Shown: piece after piece, positions 29,531-37,557 of the stretch | Layout of the letters: each line of letters starts with the position of its first letter | Numbering within the stretch: position 1 is the first letter of the stretch | Assembly (NCBI GenBank): GCA_963793425.1 | Contig: CAWCAG010000007.1 | Location: 896,001 to 960,000, forward strand | DNA: 64,000 nt | Direction of reading: 5' to 3' | DNA from: an uncultured cyanobacterium | GTDB taxonomy: Bacteria; Cyanobacteriota; Cyanobacteriia; Cyanobacteriales; CAWCAG01 | The notes under the pieces: generated by a model | Database searches by the model: none | The model's input: only the letters and a program-made list of their open reading frames with translations | What the model was told of the DNA's origin: nothing | Made by a program: the position numbers and the translations under genes

Positions 29531-30246
29531 TAAGTTATTTGCAAAGTGACGTTGGCTTGTACTTTTTGTTCCCCGCCAATTATTGGGGAACTTGATCTCG
29601 TTTCAAATTGATTAGCATTCGTCAACTGAATAGGCTGCGGTGGAGAAATTACTGCTCCATCAAGGACAATATTAACAATGTCTTGGCGGGTCAAGTTTAA
29701 CACGGCTAGAACTGTATCTGCTTGTTTTTGTGCGTCCTCAGTTGCTTCTCTCAAAGCGTCTTGCTTAGCGGCGCTTATAGCACTGTCTGAGGCAATAAAG
29801 TTGATACCATCTATGCGAGTTGCTCCCACATTTACTGTAGCATCGATTAAATCTCCTGTTTGTTCTGTTGGTAAGCGGAAACTAACTATATTCGTGCCGA
29901 TGTAGCCAGTTAAATTTCTTTGTTCGTTGTTGTAGCTATATTCGGGGCGCAGGCTAACACCTGTAGTTTCTAGTTTTTCCACACCCCGCGATTCCAATAA
30001 ATTCACCACCGCAGTTGTTCTTTCAGCAACTTCTTTTTGTACTTGGGTAGCAGTTTTTCCTTTAACTTCCACTCCTAAACGTACTTGAGTTATGGTGGTG
30101 GGAATCTCAACTTCTCCTTGACCTGTTACGGTTAAAGTACGCATAATTTCTTGGGCCATAACTGGGTTGATACCTATTAAACTAAAGAAGCTTATAGCAA
30201 GGGCTAAAGTTTTTGATACTGTAGTTAAACAAATATTATTAATCAT
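29527..30246 (-). CDS. SIMPL (DUF541) periplasmic protein
   Basis: Signal peptide, TLTVTGQGEV, SLRPEY, GEQKVQANVTL. Confidence 0.88.
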   Translation of the reverse strand: MINNICLTTVSKTLALAISFFSLIGINPVMAQEIMRTLTVTGQGEVEIPTTITQVRLGVEVKGKTATQVQKEVAERTTAVVNLLESRGVEKLETTGVSLRPEYSYNNEQRNLTGYIGTNIVSFRLPTEQTGDLIDATVNVGATRIDGINFIASDSAISAAKQDALREATEDAQKQADTVLAVLNLTRQDIVNIVLDGAVISPPQPIQLTNANQFETRSSSPIIGGEQKVQANVTLQITY

Positions 30247-30356
30247 TTAGAAAGCTCCGAGAAAAAACTTATCTAATTGCTAGTTGCCTAAAACTCAGAC
30301 TTGGTGAGAATACTTCATTAATTAACTCTTAAGATAACTGAATCATTGATCATTGC

Positions 30357-30821
30357 TTATATGCAGCCTTGAACAGAAATAATACCTGTAGGCATAATCG
30401 CTCCACAAAGATTAGCGTTGAAAAGGTTAGCTGTTTTGATTTTTTTAGCTCCTTTCAATTTAGCATTCATCAAACTAGCATTAATTAATTTAGCATCGCT
30501 TAAATCGGCTTCTTCAAGATTAGCTTGGTTAAGATTTATGCTGTTTAAATTAGCTTCTGTTAAATCAGCACCTTTTAAGTTTGCACTGCTCAAGTTTGCA
30601 CCACTCAAATCCGCTTCTGTTAAGTCAGCACCTTTTAAGTTTGCTTTTCTGAGATTAGCCCCACTCAAGTCAATTTTTTTTAGTTTACAGTTAGGACAAT
30701 CCATCGCTTTGGCTATATTAGCGTCTTTTTGTGGATCATCAGTTTTGTTTCTTTCTTTAGGGTCGCTACAAGCTGTAATGCTAGTTAGCAAGAAGAGAAC
30801 GACAACAATTTTGAAATTCAT
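30357..30821 (-). CDS. Pentapeptide-repeat lipoprotein
   Basis: ITA-C lipobox; CPNC followed by many A(N/D)Lxx repeats. Confidence 0.9.
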   Translation of the reverse strand: MNFKIVVVLFLLTSITACSDPKERNKTDDPQKDANIAKAMDCPNCKLKKIDLSGANLRKANLKGADLTEADLSGANLSSANLKGADLTEANLNSINLNQANLEEADLSDAKLINASLMNAKLKGAKKIKTANLFNANLCGAIMPTGIISVQGCI

Positions 30822-30868
30822 TTTATTGTTTATTATAAGAATAATAGGAGCAAAATGAACTATCGGGT

Positions 30869-31399
30869 TTAAATGGCGATTTCAAAACTATCTCTATGAT
30901 GAAAATCAGCTTCTTTACTAAGATGCTTCAAAGCCCAGTAATTTATTTCACTATTTCGGGACTCGGTTACAGTGGCGATCGCAACTTCTATTTTTTGATT
31001 TTCACTAATAATTTCACTAAGAGCCAATTCTAAGTACAAGTTGAGAGATTCTGCATCTTGATTAATCCGAAAAGGTAAGGAAGTAAAAGCTGTTTCTTCT
31101 TTCATTCCTTGGCGATAACTAGCAAAGTGATAAATATTCCAATCACCATCGAGAGAAAGATTAAATTCCCAATATTGAGGAGAATCTGGCATCGCCAGAA
31201 AAAACTCAAAGCAAGTAGTTTGCCAAAGTTCATGTTGGCGAGTTGCTTGGCTTTTTGGTTCAGTAATTACTAGTTCTGTTAAATTACCAGTGAGGGTATA
31301 TTTAATGCTTAAATCGCCTTGGTTGCGGATAATTTCCCCTGAAATATTAATATTGAGTTCGGAGTTAAAAGGTTGTAGAGAAAAACTTTGTCTCCTCAT
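30869..31399 (-). CDS. DOMON-like domain protein
   Basis: ELWQTTCFEFF, YWEFNLS, YWALKH...ADFH. Confidence 0.8.
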   Translation of the reverse strand: MRRQSFSLQPFNSELNINISGEIIRNQGDLSIKYTLTGNLTELVITEPKSQATRQHELWQTTCFEFFLAMPDSPQYWEFNLSLDGDWNIYHFASYRQGMKEETAFTSLPFRINQDAESLNLYLELALSEIISENQKIEVAIATVTESRNSEINYWALKHLSKEADFHHRDSFEIAI

Positions 31400-32505
31400 T
31401 TCAAGTCCTTGATAATACTTTGAATAGCATCAGCTTGAGATTCTATACTTTCTGTCAGCTTAAATTGAACTAATGCCCTAGCAAGATTGTGTTCAGGATA
31501 TTTAGCTTTAAAGTAAATATCTCCAGCAAGATAATCACTAAAGAATCTTAACCCCAGCTCAAAAGTAATTAAACGAATAGCCTCATAAATATATTCATAG
31601 TCATTGTCATTAAGAAAACCTTTAGCTAAAGTAAAATAGCCTTGCAAAATAGCTTGACAAATATCTATTTCAAAACGAACTTCTTGCCAACTTTGGGTTT
31701 CTTCTCCAGAAGGATTACATCCTGAACGCAAACAGTCACCAATATCGTAATGAACTAAACCTGGTTTGACAGTATCAAGGTCAATAATAGAAATAGCTTG
31801 TTGTTTAGTTCTATCAAATATAACGTTGTTAACCTTCGGATCACCATGAATCGGACGTAAAGGTAATTTTCCCTGTTGCTTTGCTGTTTCTAAAACATTT
31901 ATTAATTCTTGGCGATCACTAATAAATCTTAAGCCATATTTCACCTCAGCAGAAGCAGGAATTTTTACCTTTTCTAATACCTGCTCGTATTGTTGAAGAT
32001 ACAAAGGAGTAATATGAAACCCTGGTAAAGTATCAGCTAAATTCTCTGTTGGTAAGTCGCTGAGAAAGTCATGAAACCTGCCCAAGGCGTAACCCACTTC
32101 CTGAGCTAAATTAGTATTTTTGATGGTATCAAAAGATTCACCCTGAATAAAACTAAGTCCTCGCCAGAAATTCCCCTCTGAGTCAACATAACTATCTTGA
32201 CTATTTTGAGTTAATTGTACTTTCGGTACTTCCCAACGTCTTTCCAACTTCAGATGGTTTGATTGAAGATGTTGACTAATATATTCTGTACAGATGCGGA
32301 GATTTTGCATCACTAATTTCGGTTGGCGAAACACCTTGATGTTAATACGTTGCAGAATAAAGTTTTCTTCTGGAATATCGAGAGTAACAAGAAAAGTATC
32401 ATTGACATTACCACTACCCCAAGCTTGAATACCTTTAACCTTTCCTTTTGTTGAAAATTGGTTAGCGATCTTGATAATATTGACTAAGTTTTTGCTCTTT
32501 TTCAC
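31396..32505 (-). CDS. Aminoglycoside phosphotransferase family kinase (N-acetylhexosamine-kinase-like)
   Basis: GSGNVNDTF, ILQRIN, IHGDPKVNN, IIDLDTV, RFFSDYL.GD.YF. Confidence 0.85.
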   Translation of the reverse strand: MKKSKNLVNIIKIANQFSTKGKVKGIQAWGSGNVNDTFLVTLDIPEENFILQRINIKVFRQPKLVMQNLRICTEYISQHLQSNHLKLERRWEVPKVQLTQNSQDSYVDSEGNFWRGLSFIQGESFDTIKNTNLAQEVGYALGRFHDFLSDLPTENLADTLPGFHITPLYLQQYEQVLEKVKIPASAEVKYGLRFISDRQELINVLETAKQQGKLPLRPIHGDPKVNNVIFDRTKQQAISIIDLDTVKPGLVHYDIGDCLRSGCNPSGEETQSWQEVRFEIDICQAILQGYFTLAKGFLNDNDYEYIYEAIRLITFELGLRFFSDYLAGDIYFKAKYPEHNLARALVQFKLTESIESQADAIQSIIKDLK

Positions 32506-32598
32506 TTTAAAGATTTGGCTAGGAAAGCACCGTTCAAATTATACCGGGGACTATTGCTCGTTTGTAGGAAGATATAGCCTCCTCGTAGCGTCCCCACT

Positions 32599-33774
32599 CT
32601 AACCCCGAATCTGAACAGGCATAACTAAATGAGTCATCTTTACCCCACCTAAAGGGGTTAAAATTACCGGACTATCTGATGTATTCATTTGCATAGTAAT
32701 TTCTGTGGCGTTGAGTACTTTCAAAGAATCCAAAACGTACTTAACATTAAAAGCAACCTCAATACTCTCCCCGGAAATTTGTGCTGGCATGGACTCTTTC
32801 GCACTCCCTACATCTTGGGCGTCCACAGAAAGGGAGAGTTGCTGTGCCTCGCTGTCTAAGGTGAATTTAACAATACTATTTTTTTGCTCTGCTAATACTG
32901 CCACTAATTCTAAACTGCTTAACAATCTTTTGCGTTCTACGGTTAAAGCGATCGCGAATTGTGATGGTAGTAATTGTTCATAAGCGGGGTATTGTCCATC
33001 TAATTTACGACTAGTTAAGCGTTGTTCCCCTAATTCAAAAATAACTTGTCCTTCATCATCATAGAGTGCTACCGGCTCTTTACTTTGGCGAGTTGCCAGA
33101 ATCCTTTCTAATTCTCTTAAAGCCCTGGCAGGAATAGTCACAGCGAATTCTTCAATATTATTTTTAATGGGAGTAGTTTCTTCACCTTCTCCCCCCACTT
33201 CCGTACTAGTTTCTACCACTGCCAAACGATGACCATCGGTAGCAGCAAATTCTAGGCTATCTTGTTGTAAACCTAAATGAATACCCGTTAATATCTGCTT
33301 GGTTTCATCGGTACTAGCGGCAAAAATACTACCCCGCAAACCTTCCACTAAAGCATTTCCTGGTAAATGCAGGGCTTGCCCTTCTTCAATAACCGGTAAA
33401 TCAGGAAACTCCTCTGCCCCCATACCCCTAACCTGATAACGCCCTGAAGCTGAAGTTAAGGTAACTAATGCTCCTTCGTTTTCTTCATCACCTTCTTCAT
33501 ATAACAAGGTGATTTCTCCTTCTGGAAGCCGAGAAATTATATCATTCAATAGCTTAGCGGGTAGAGTGATAGTACTACCTTCAATTACTTGGGCAGGAAA
33601 ACTGGTTTGAATGCCAAGACTCAAATCAAAAGCAGTAAGACTAACTCTCTGGCTTTTTTCATCGGCAACGAGTAAAACATTACCAAGGACAGGATGGGTA
33701 GGGCGAGAAGGCACAGCACGGCTGATTAAAGAAAGATTGGTGCTGAGATCGCTTTGAGAGCAAACAAGTTTCAT
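32599..33774 (-). CDS. dnaN: DNA polymerase III beta clamp
   Basis: SRAVPSRPTHPVL, AATDGHRLA, YPAYEQL, AFNVKY, LVMPVQ. Confidence 0.97.
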   Translation of the reverse strand: MKLVCSQSDLSTNLSLISRAVPSRPTHPVLGNVLLVADEKSQRVSLTAFDLSLGIQTSFPAQVIEGSTITLPAKLLNDIISRLPEGEITLLYEEGDEENEGALVTLTSASGRYQVRGMGAEEFPDLPVIEEGQALHLPGNALVEGLRGSIFAASTDETKQILTGIHLGLQQDSLEFAATDGHRLAVVETSTEVGGEGEETTPIKNNIEEFAVTIPARALRELERILATRQSKEPVALYDDEGQVIFELGEQRLTSRKLDGQYPAYEQLLPSQFAIALTVERKRLLSSLELVAVLAEQKNSIVKFTLDSEAQQLSLSVDAQDVGSAKESMPAQISGESIEVAFNVKYVLDSLKVLNATEITMQMNTSDSPVILTPLGGVKMTHLVMPVQIRG

Positions 33775-33921
33775 GGAGAGACAGGAGTTGGTTTAGGAAT
33801 GTTATTTTACTATCTTTCCTCGGACTTATTAATTTTGTCTTCAAAAATATGAACTAAGTCCGGGAGTTGATAATTGCTCAACACTACTATTCCGCATTTT
33901 CAGTTGGAACAATCAAAGCCA

Positions 33922-33997
33922 GGATGGTGCGTTAAGCGCTGAATCAGTAGTTTAGTGGGCTTACTATCATTTTTATGCAGCGCCAACACACCCTACA
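33922..33997. repeat. Degenerate GTAG-type REP-like palindrome
   Basis: GGATGGTGCGTTAAGCG ... CGCCAACACACCCTACA imperfect inverted repeat. Confidence 0.5.
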
Positions 33998-34088
33998 ATA
34001 TATGTGATCGCACGACACAAATACAGTTATACCAGAAGTAGGACAGGTTATTTGTGAGGTTAGAGGAACAAGAATTGATAGAAATGAC

Positions 34089-34117
34089 TTGACTCATAAC
34101 AAACCTTTTGTTAGTGT
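34089..34117 (+). promoter_or_regulatory. Sigma70-type promoter of the DAHP synthase leader
   Basis: -35 TTGACT (34089-34094), 17-bp spacer, extended -10 TG-T-TAGTGT (34109-34117). Confidence 0.65.
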
Positions 34118-34146
34118 AAGCAAAGTTATTAAAATATTGCCAAATA

Positions 34147-34203
34147 ATGTTTTCCAGCTACCAGCATTTTTACTTTTGGTTTAAATTGGTTCGCCGCGAG
34201 TGA
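34147..34203 (+). CDS. Aromatic-rich attenuator leader peptide 1 (MFSSYQHFYFWFKLVRRE)
   Basis: ATG 34147 to TGA 34203; 4 Phe, 2 Tyr, 1 Trp, 1 His in the first 12 codons; 3' end is complementary to the downstream terminator arm. Confidence 0.75.
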   Translation: MFSSYQHFYFWFKLVRRE

Positions 34204-34231
34204 ATCTAGCTTAGTCTGGAATCTCCCGGTG

Positions 34232-34261
34232 GACTGTAGAACTGAAACTACAGTCTTTTTT
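34232..34261 (+). terminator. Attenuator terminator 1
   Basis: GACTGTAG-AACTGAAA-CTACAGTC followed by T6; competing antiterminator 34187-34200 : 34223-34236. Confidence 0.8.
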
Positions 34262-34285
34262 ATTGCTCAACAATTGCTAAATCCC

Positions 34286-34342
34286 ATGAGTTTCTACTTT
34301 TATCACTTTCACTTTTTTTGGACTAGAGAAAGTTCCGGGTAG
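34286..34342 (+). CDS. Aromatic-rich attenuator leader peptide 2 (MSFYFYHFHFFWTRESSG)
   Basis: ATG 34286 to TAG 34342; codons 3-12 are 5 Phe, 2 Tyr, 2 His, 1 Trp without interruption. Confidence 0.82.
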   Translation: MSFYFYHFHFFWTRESSG

Positions 34343-34366
34343 ATAGCCTCATGCCATTATTTTATC

Positions 34367-34400
34367 AAGCCTGGAACTAAATCAAGTTCCGGGCTTTTTT
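34367..34400 (+). terminator. Attenuator terminator 2
   Basis: AAGCCTGGAACT-AAATCA-AGTTCCGGGCTT plus T-tract, 38 nt before the DAHP synthase ATG; antiterminator copy AGTTCCGGGT at 34331-34340. Confidence 0.85.
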
Positions 34401-34438
34401 CTGATCCTACCGCTATAAATTCAAGGAATAATTGCTTC

Positions 34439-35296
34439 ATGTTGAATGCCAAACTCGCTCTCAAATCACAATTCCAACCCACCAGTCTCATCAACATATC
34501 GGATCAAGTTACTATCGGTGGTTCGGAAATTGTCATTATTGGTGGCCCCTGTGCTGTAGAAAATTTAGAGCAAATGGAGACAGTTGCGGAAAAATTGATA
34601 CCAGATTCAGTACAAGCTTTACGGGGTGGAGTATATAAACCCCGTACTTCTCCCTACTCTTTCCAAGGATTAGGACAAGAAGGATTAGATATTTTCGCTG
34701 CTATTAAAAACCGCTGGAATATATCTATTGTTTCCGAAGTTATGGCTGTCAGTCAAATTGAAGAGATGAGCGCTTGTGTGGATATGTTTCAAGTTGGTAG
34801 CCGTAATATGCAAAACTTCGATTTGTTGAAAGCTTTAGGGCAAGCCGGGAAGCCAGTATTGCTGAAACGAGGTTTGGCTGCCACCCTCGAAGAATTTATT
34901 TTCGCAGCAGAATACATTCTAAGTCACGGTAACCCCCAAGTTGTTTTTTGCGAAAGAGGTATCCGCAGCTTTGATAATTACACTCGCAATGTTTTAGATT
35001 TAGGTACGGTAGCAGCTTTGAAACAGTTAACTCACTTACCTGTAATTGTTGATCCTTCCCATGCTGCTGGGAGAAGGGAATTAATTGCTCCTTTGGCTAA
35101 GGCTGCGATCGCCTGTGGTGCTGATGGTTTGATTGTTGAATGTCACCCCAACCCTACTGAGTCTGTTTCTGATGCTAGCCAAGCTCTTGCTTTAGAAGAG
35201 ATGGTGAGTCTGGTTGATGCTCTCAAACCTGTTGCCACAGCAGTAGGGCGTACCATAGCAACTTCACCACGTAGTCGTGAACTTTCTTTAGTTTAA
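34439..35296 (+). CDS. aroF: 3-deoxy-7-phosphoheptulonate (DAHP) synthase, type I-beta, without N-terminal regulatory domain
   Basis: GGPCAVE, RGGVYKPRTSPYSFQG, QVGSRNMQNF, CERGIR, VDPSH; only 285 aa. Confidence 0.93.
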   Translation: MLNAKLALKSQFQPTSLINISDQVTIGGSEIVIIGGPCAVENLEQMETVAEKLIPDSVQALRGGVYKPRTSPYSFQGLGQEGLDIFAAIKNRWNISIVSEVMAVSQIEEMSACVDMFQVGSRNMQNFDLLKALGQAGKPVLLKRGLAATLEEFIFAAEYILSHGNPQVVFCERGIRSFDNYTRNVLDLGTVAALKQLTHLPVIVDPSHAAGRRELIAPLAKAAIACGADGLIVECHPNPTESVSDASQALALEEMVSLVDALKPVATAVGRTIATSPRSRELSLV

Positions 35297-35348
35297 TTTT
35301 CGGGTTGGCAGCTTCCTCTATGCAACATTCAGCCTCTGCCAACCTTGA

Positions 35349-35678
35349 TTAAGTTTCTTCGTCTGTTTCGATTTTTTTCCCAGGAGAAGCATTATAGATA
35401 GCGTCTAACTGTTCTCTAGCATCATCAACATTGACAGAACGCATAACCAAAAGCGGCTCATTGATTGGCTGCCCTGTTTCATCCAACAATTCTGGATGAG
35501 GAACAGTTCTAGTAGTTCTGCTTCCAGAATTAGTAAAATTATTGTTAGTGCCGGAATTGGGCTTATAAGTATAGCGGCGGTTTGATTCAGCAGTTAAGTT
35601 AATCAAGTTGCTAATCAGGTTACTAATTGCAAAGAAGGCAATAACTGTAAAGGCAAGAATGTAAAGTATGTGTAACAT
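35349..35678 (-). CDS. DUF2973 family protein
   Basis: MLHILYILAFTVIAF N-terminal TM, PHPELLD, EPLLVMRS. Confidence 0.8.
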   Translation of the reverse strand: MLHILYILAFTVIAFFAISNLISNLINLTAESNRRYTYKPNSGTNNNFTNSGSRTTRTVPHPELLDETGQPINEPLLVMRSVNVDDAREQLDAIYNASPGKKIETDEET

Positions 35679-35777
35679 TATTGTTATCCTCTCAGTGGAA
35701 TAATTTTTTTTGACAAAAGTTTCTTAAATAAAGAACCAGCACAGAAGTTAGAAATCACTTCCGTATTGGTAAGTAGT

Positions 35778-36104
35778 TTAATCATAGGCTTGTTCTTGGT
35801 GGGATCGCCATTTTTGCGATAGTTGCCAGCATTCTGCTACTAACCGATGCCAAGGTACAAGGGTTGCTGTTTCAATGCCAGCTTGGCCATCAGTTGCTTG
35901 TAACAACATCTGAGCAACCTTAACTTCTTGTTGGGCGTGAGAAAGCCGTGCTAGTAAATCAGCTTGCTCTTCCCTAGTAAGCAAAGAAATTTCTTGTGCT
36001 TCTAATAAAGATTGTGAACGAGAAAACCAATACTGAAAATCTTCGAGCAGAGGCCCAAGGACTGTTTTGAGCAGTTCGTTTTCAGAAAAATGAGAAGGCG
36101 ACAT
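35778..36104 (-). CDS. DUF2605 family protein
   Basis: LLKTVL.PLLEDFQYWFSRS, PWHRLVAECW. Confidence 0.8.
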   Translation of the reverse strand: MSPSHFSENELLKTVLGPLLEDFQYWFSRSQSLLEAQEISLLTREEQADLLARLSHAQQEVKVAQMLLQATDGQAGIETATLVPWHRLVAECWQLSQKWRSHQEQAYD

Positions 36105-36202
36105 TTATATATAATTAGTTTACTATCTAAGTCTATATATTAGCGTTATTTACAATCTTTAATATTTATCTACTTGGATTTTTGGAGGTGATATGCTAAA
36201 AG

Positions 36203-36247
36203 CCTCTAAATGGAGGGCAAGTTTGAAGCTTGCCCTCCATTTAGAGG
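36203..36247 (-). terminator. 19-bp perfect hairpin downstream of the small basic protein gene
   Basis: CCTCTAAATGGAGGGCAAG / CTTGCCCTCCATTTAGAGG. Confidence 0.65.
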
Positions 36248-36262
36248 TCTTCTTGCAACAAT

Positions 36263-36460
36263 TTAGTTATTGTTGTCGTTGCCATTATTATCGTTGTTGT
36301 TCTCATCAGTGGCATTGCCTGTACCAGTTTTTCTGCCCCCACCATTACCGTAACGCTTACCTCCACGGGTAAAGCGCTTATTACGATTTTTTCTGAATTT
36401 GCGAGCATAGGCTTTATTGCGCTCAGCTTTTTCTTTTTTTAGATTTCTACGTTTTGACAT
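36263..36460 (-). CDS. Small basic hypothetical protein (Arg/Lys-rich N-terminus, Asn/Asp-rich tail)
   Basis: GAGG RBS before the ATG; MSKRRNLKKEKAERNKAYARKF; strong hairpin after the stop. Confidence 0.7.
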   Translation of the reverse strand: MSKRRNLKKEKAERNKAYARKFRKNRNKRFTRGGKRYGNGGGRKTGTGNATDENNNDNNGNDNNN

Positions 36461-36616
36461 TATGACCTCATTGACACGACAAAGCGCCTTCAGCTTTGGC
36501 TCGTTAGATTAACTCCCAAGCGTTTCTGAGGCGCTTATTGAATTTAGACTTGATTTACTACTAAATAACTATTGTGGTCTAAAACTCTGGGGGATTGCTA
36601 AATAAATCTTCAACTC

Positions 36617-36895
36617 CTAGAACCGATTATTTTTTCTGCGATCGCCTCGATCTTCCCTTGGTCTAGCTTTGTTGACTCGCAACTGTCTATTCATCCATTC
36701 TGCACCATCAAGTTCAGCTATGGCTTTGTCTTCCTGGCTTTCTTCTTCCATTTCTACAAAAGCAAAACCACGAACTCGGCCTGTTTCCCTATCTTTTGGT
36801 ATGACAACGCTTTTAACAGAACCGTATTCTGCAAACACTTCGGACAGGTCTTCTTCTTTAACCTGGTAAGATAGGTTGCCTATGTAAATTGTCAC
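36617..36895 (-). CDS. rbp: RRM RNA-binding protein (cyanobacterial Rbp family)
   Basis: IYIGNL (RNP2), RGFAFVEM (RNP1), LRVNKARPR. Confidence 0.95.
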   Translation of the reverse strand: MTIYIGNLSYQVKEEDLSEVFAEYGSVKSVVIPKDRETGRVRGFAFVEMEEESQEDKAIAELDGAEWMNRQLRVNKARPREDRGDRRKNNRF

Positions 36896-37130
36896 TAATG
36901 CTTCTCCGTCTGAAATACTTGCTCAGATCAAGCTCGGCTAGAGATTATTCAGAAATAATCATAGGCTAGCCTATGATTATAATTTCTGAAAACTTCTCTT
37001 GGCTATGAGGGTTTGTTAACCGCTAGCTAGTCCGATACTCAAATCTATTTTCGTACTAACTATAGCATATTTGGGCTAGGGTAAAACCGAGTTAAAAATT
37101 GGTTTGAGAATAAGCTTTCTAGATGAATTT

Positions 37131-37481
37131 TTAGCCACCGCTAATCTTCGCTTTATAGCCTAATTTTTGCAAAAATTGGCAAATTTTTTCTTTATGGTCA
37201 CCTTGAATTTCTAAAGTATTGTCTTTGAGGGTTCCACCGCTACCGCAATAGCTTTTTATTTGTTTGAGTAGAGGGCTTAAGGTTTCTAATTTACTTTGAA
37301 ATCCACTAATAACGGTGACGGTTTTACCTTTACGCCCTTTGCGAGTTGATTGTACTTGCAAGTTTTGTTGGTTAGGGTGTAAATCTGGTTGCCCCCGCTC
37401 TAACGCTTCTGGCTGGCTAGCTTCACCAAATTCTTGGTAAGCAATTCTTTGGTGAGAAGAAGATTTACGCTTTTTGCTCAT
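37131..37481 (-). CDS. Translation initiation factor SUI1/YciH
   Basis: RKGRKGKTVTVISG, CGSGGT, EIQGDH. Confidence 0.92.
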   Translation of the reverse strand: MSKKRKSSSHQRIAYQEFGEASQPEALERGQPDLHPNQQNLQVQSTRKGRKGKTVTVISGFQSKLETLSPLLKQIKSYCGSGGTLKDNTLEIQGDHKEKICQFLQKLGYKAKISGG

Positions 37482-37557
37482 AAAGGTTGTTTGATTATTC
37501 GGGCTTCGCTAATAGATTTATAATTAAACCTGTCGTAATAGTATTTTGCCTTAAATT

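Noticed and set aside
33775..34088. oriC upstream of dnaN
   Set aside because: No cluster of TTTTCCACA/TTATCCACA DnaA boxes seen
34432..34638. 68-aa ORF overlapping the DAHP synthase start
   Set aside because: Out-of-frame shadow ORF with no recognisable features
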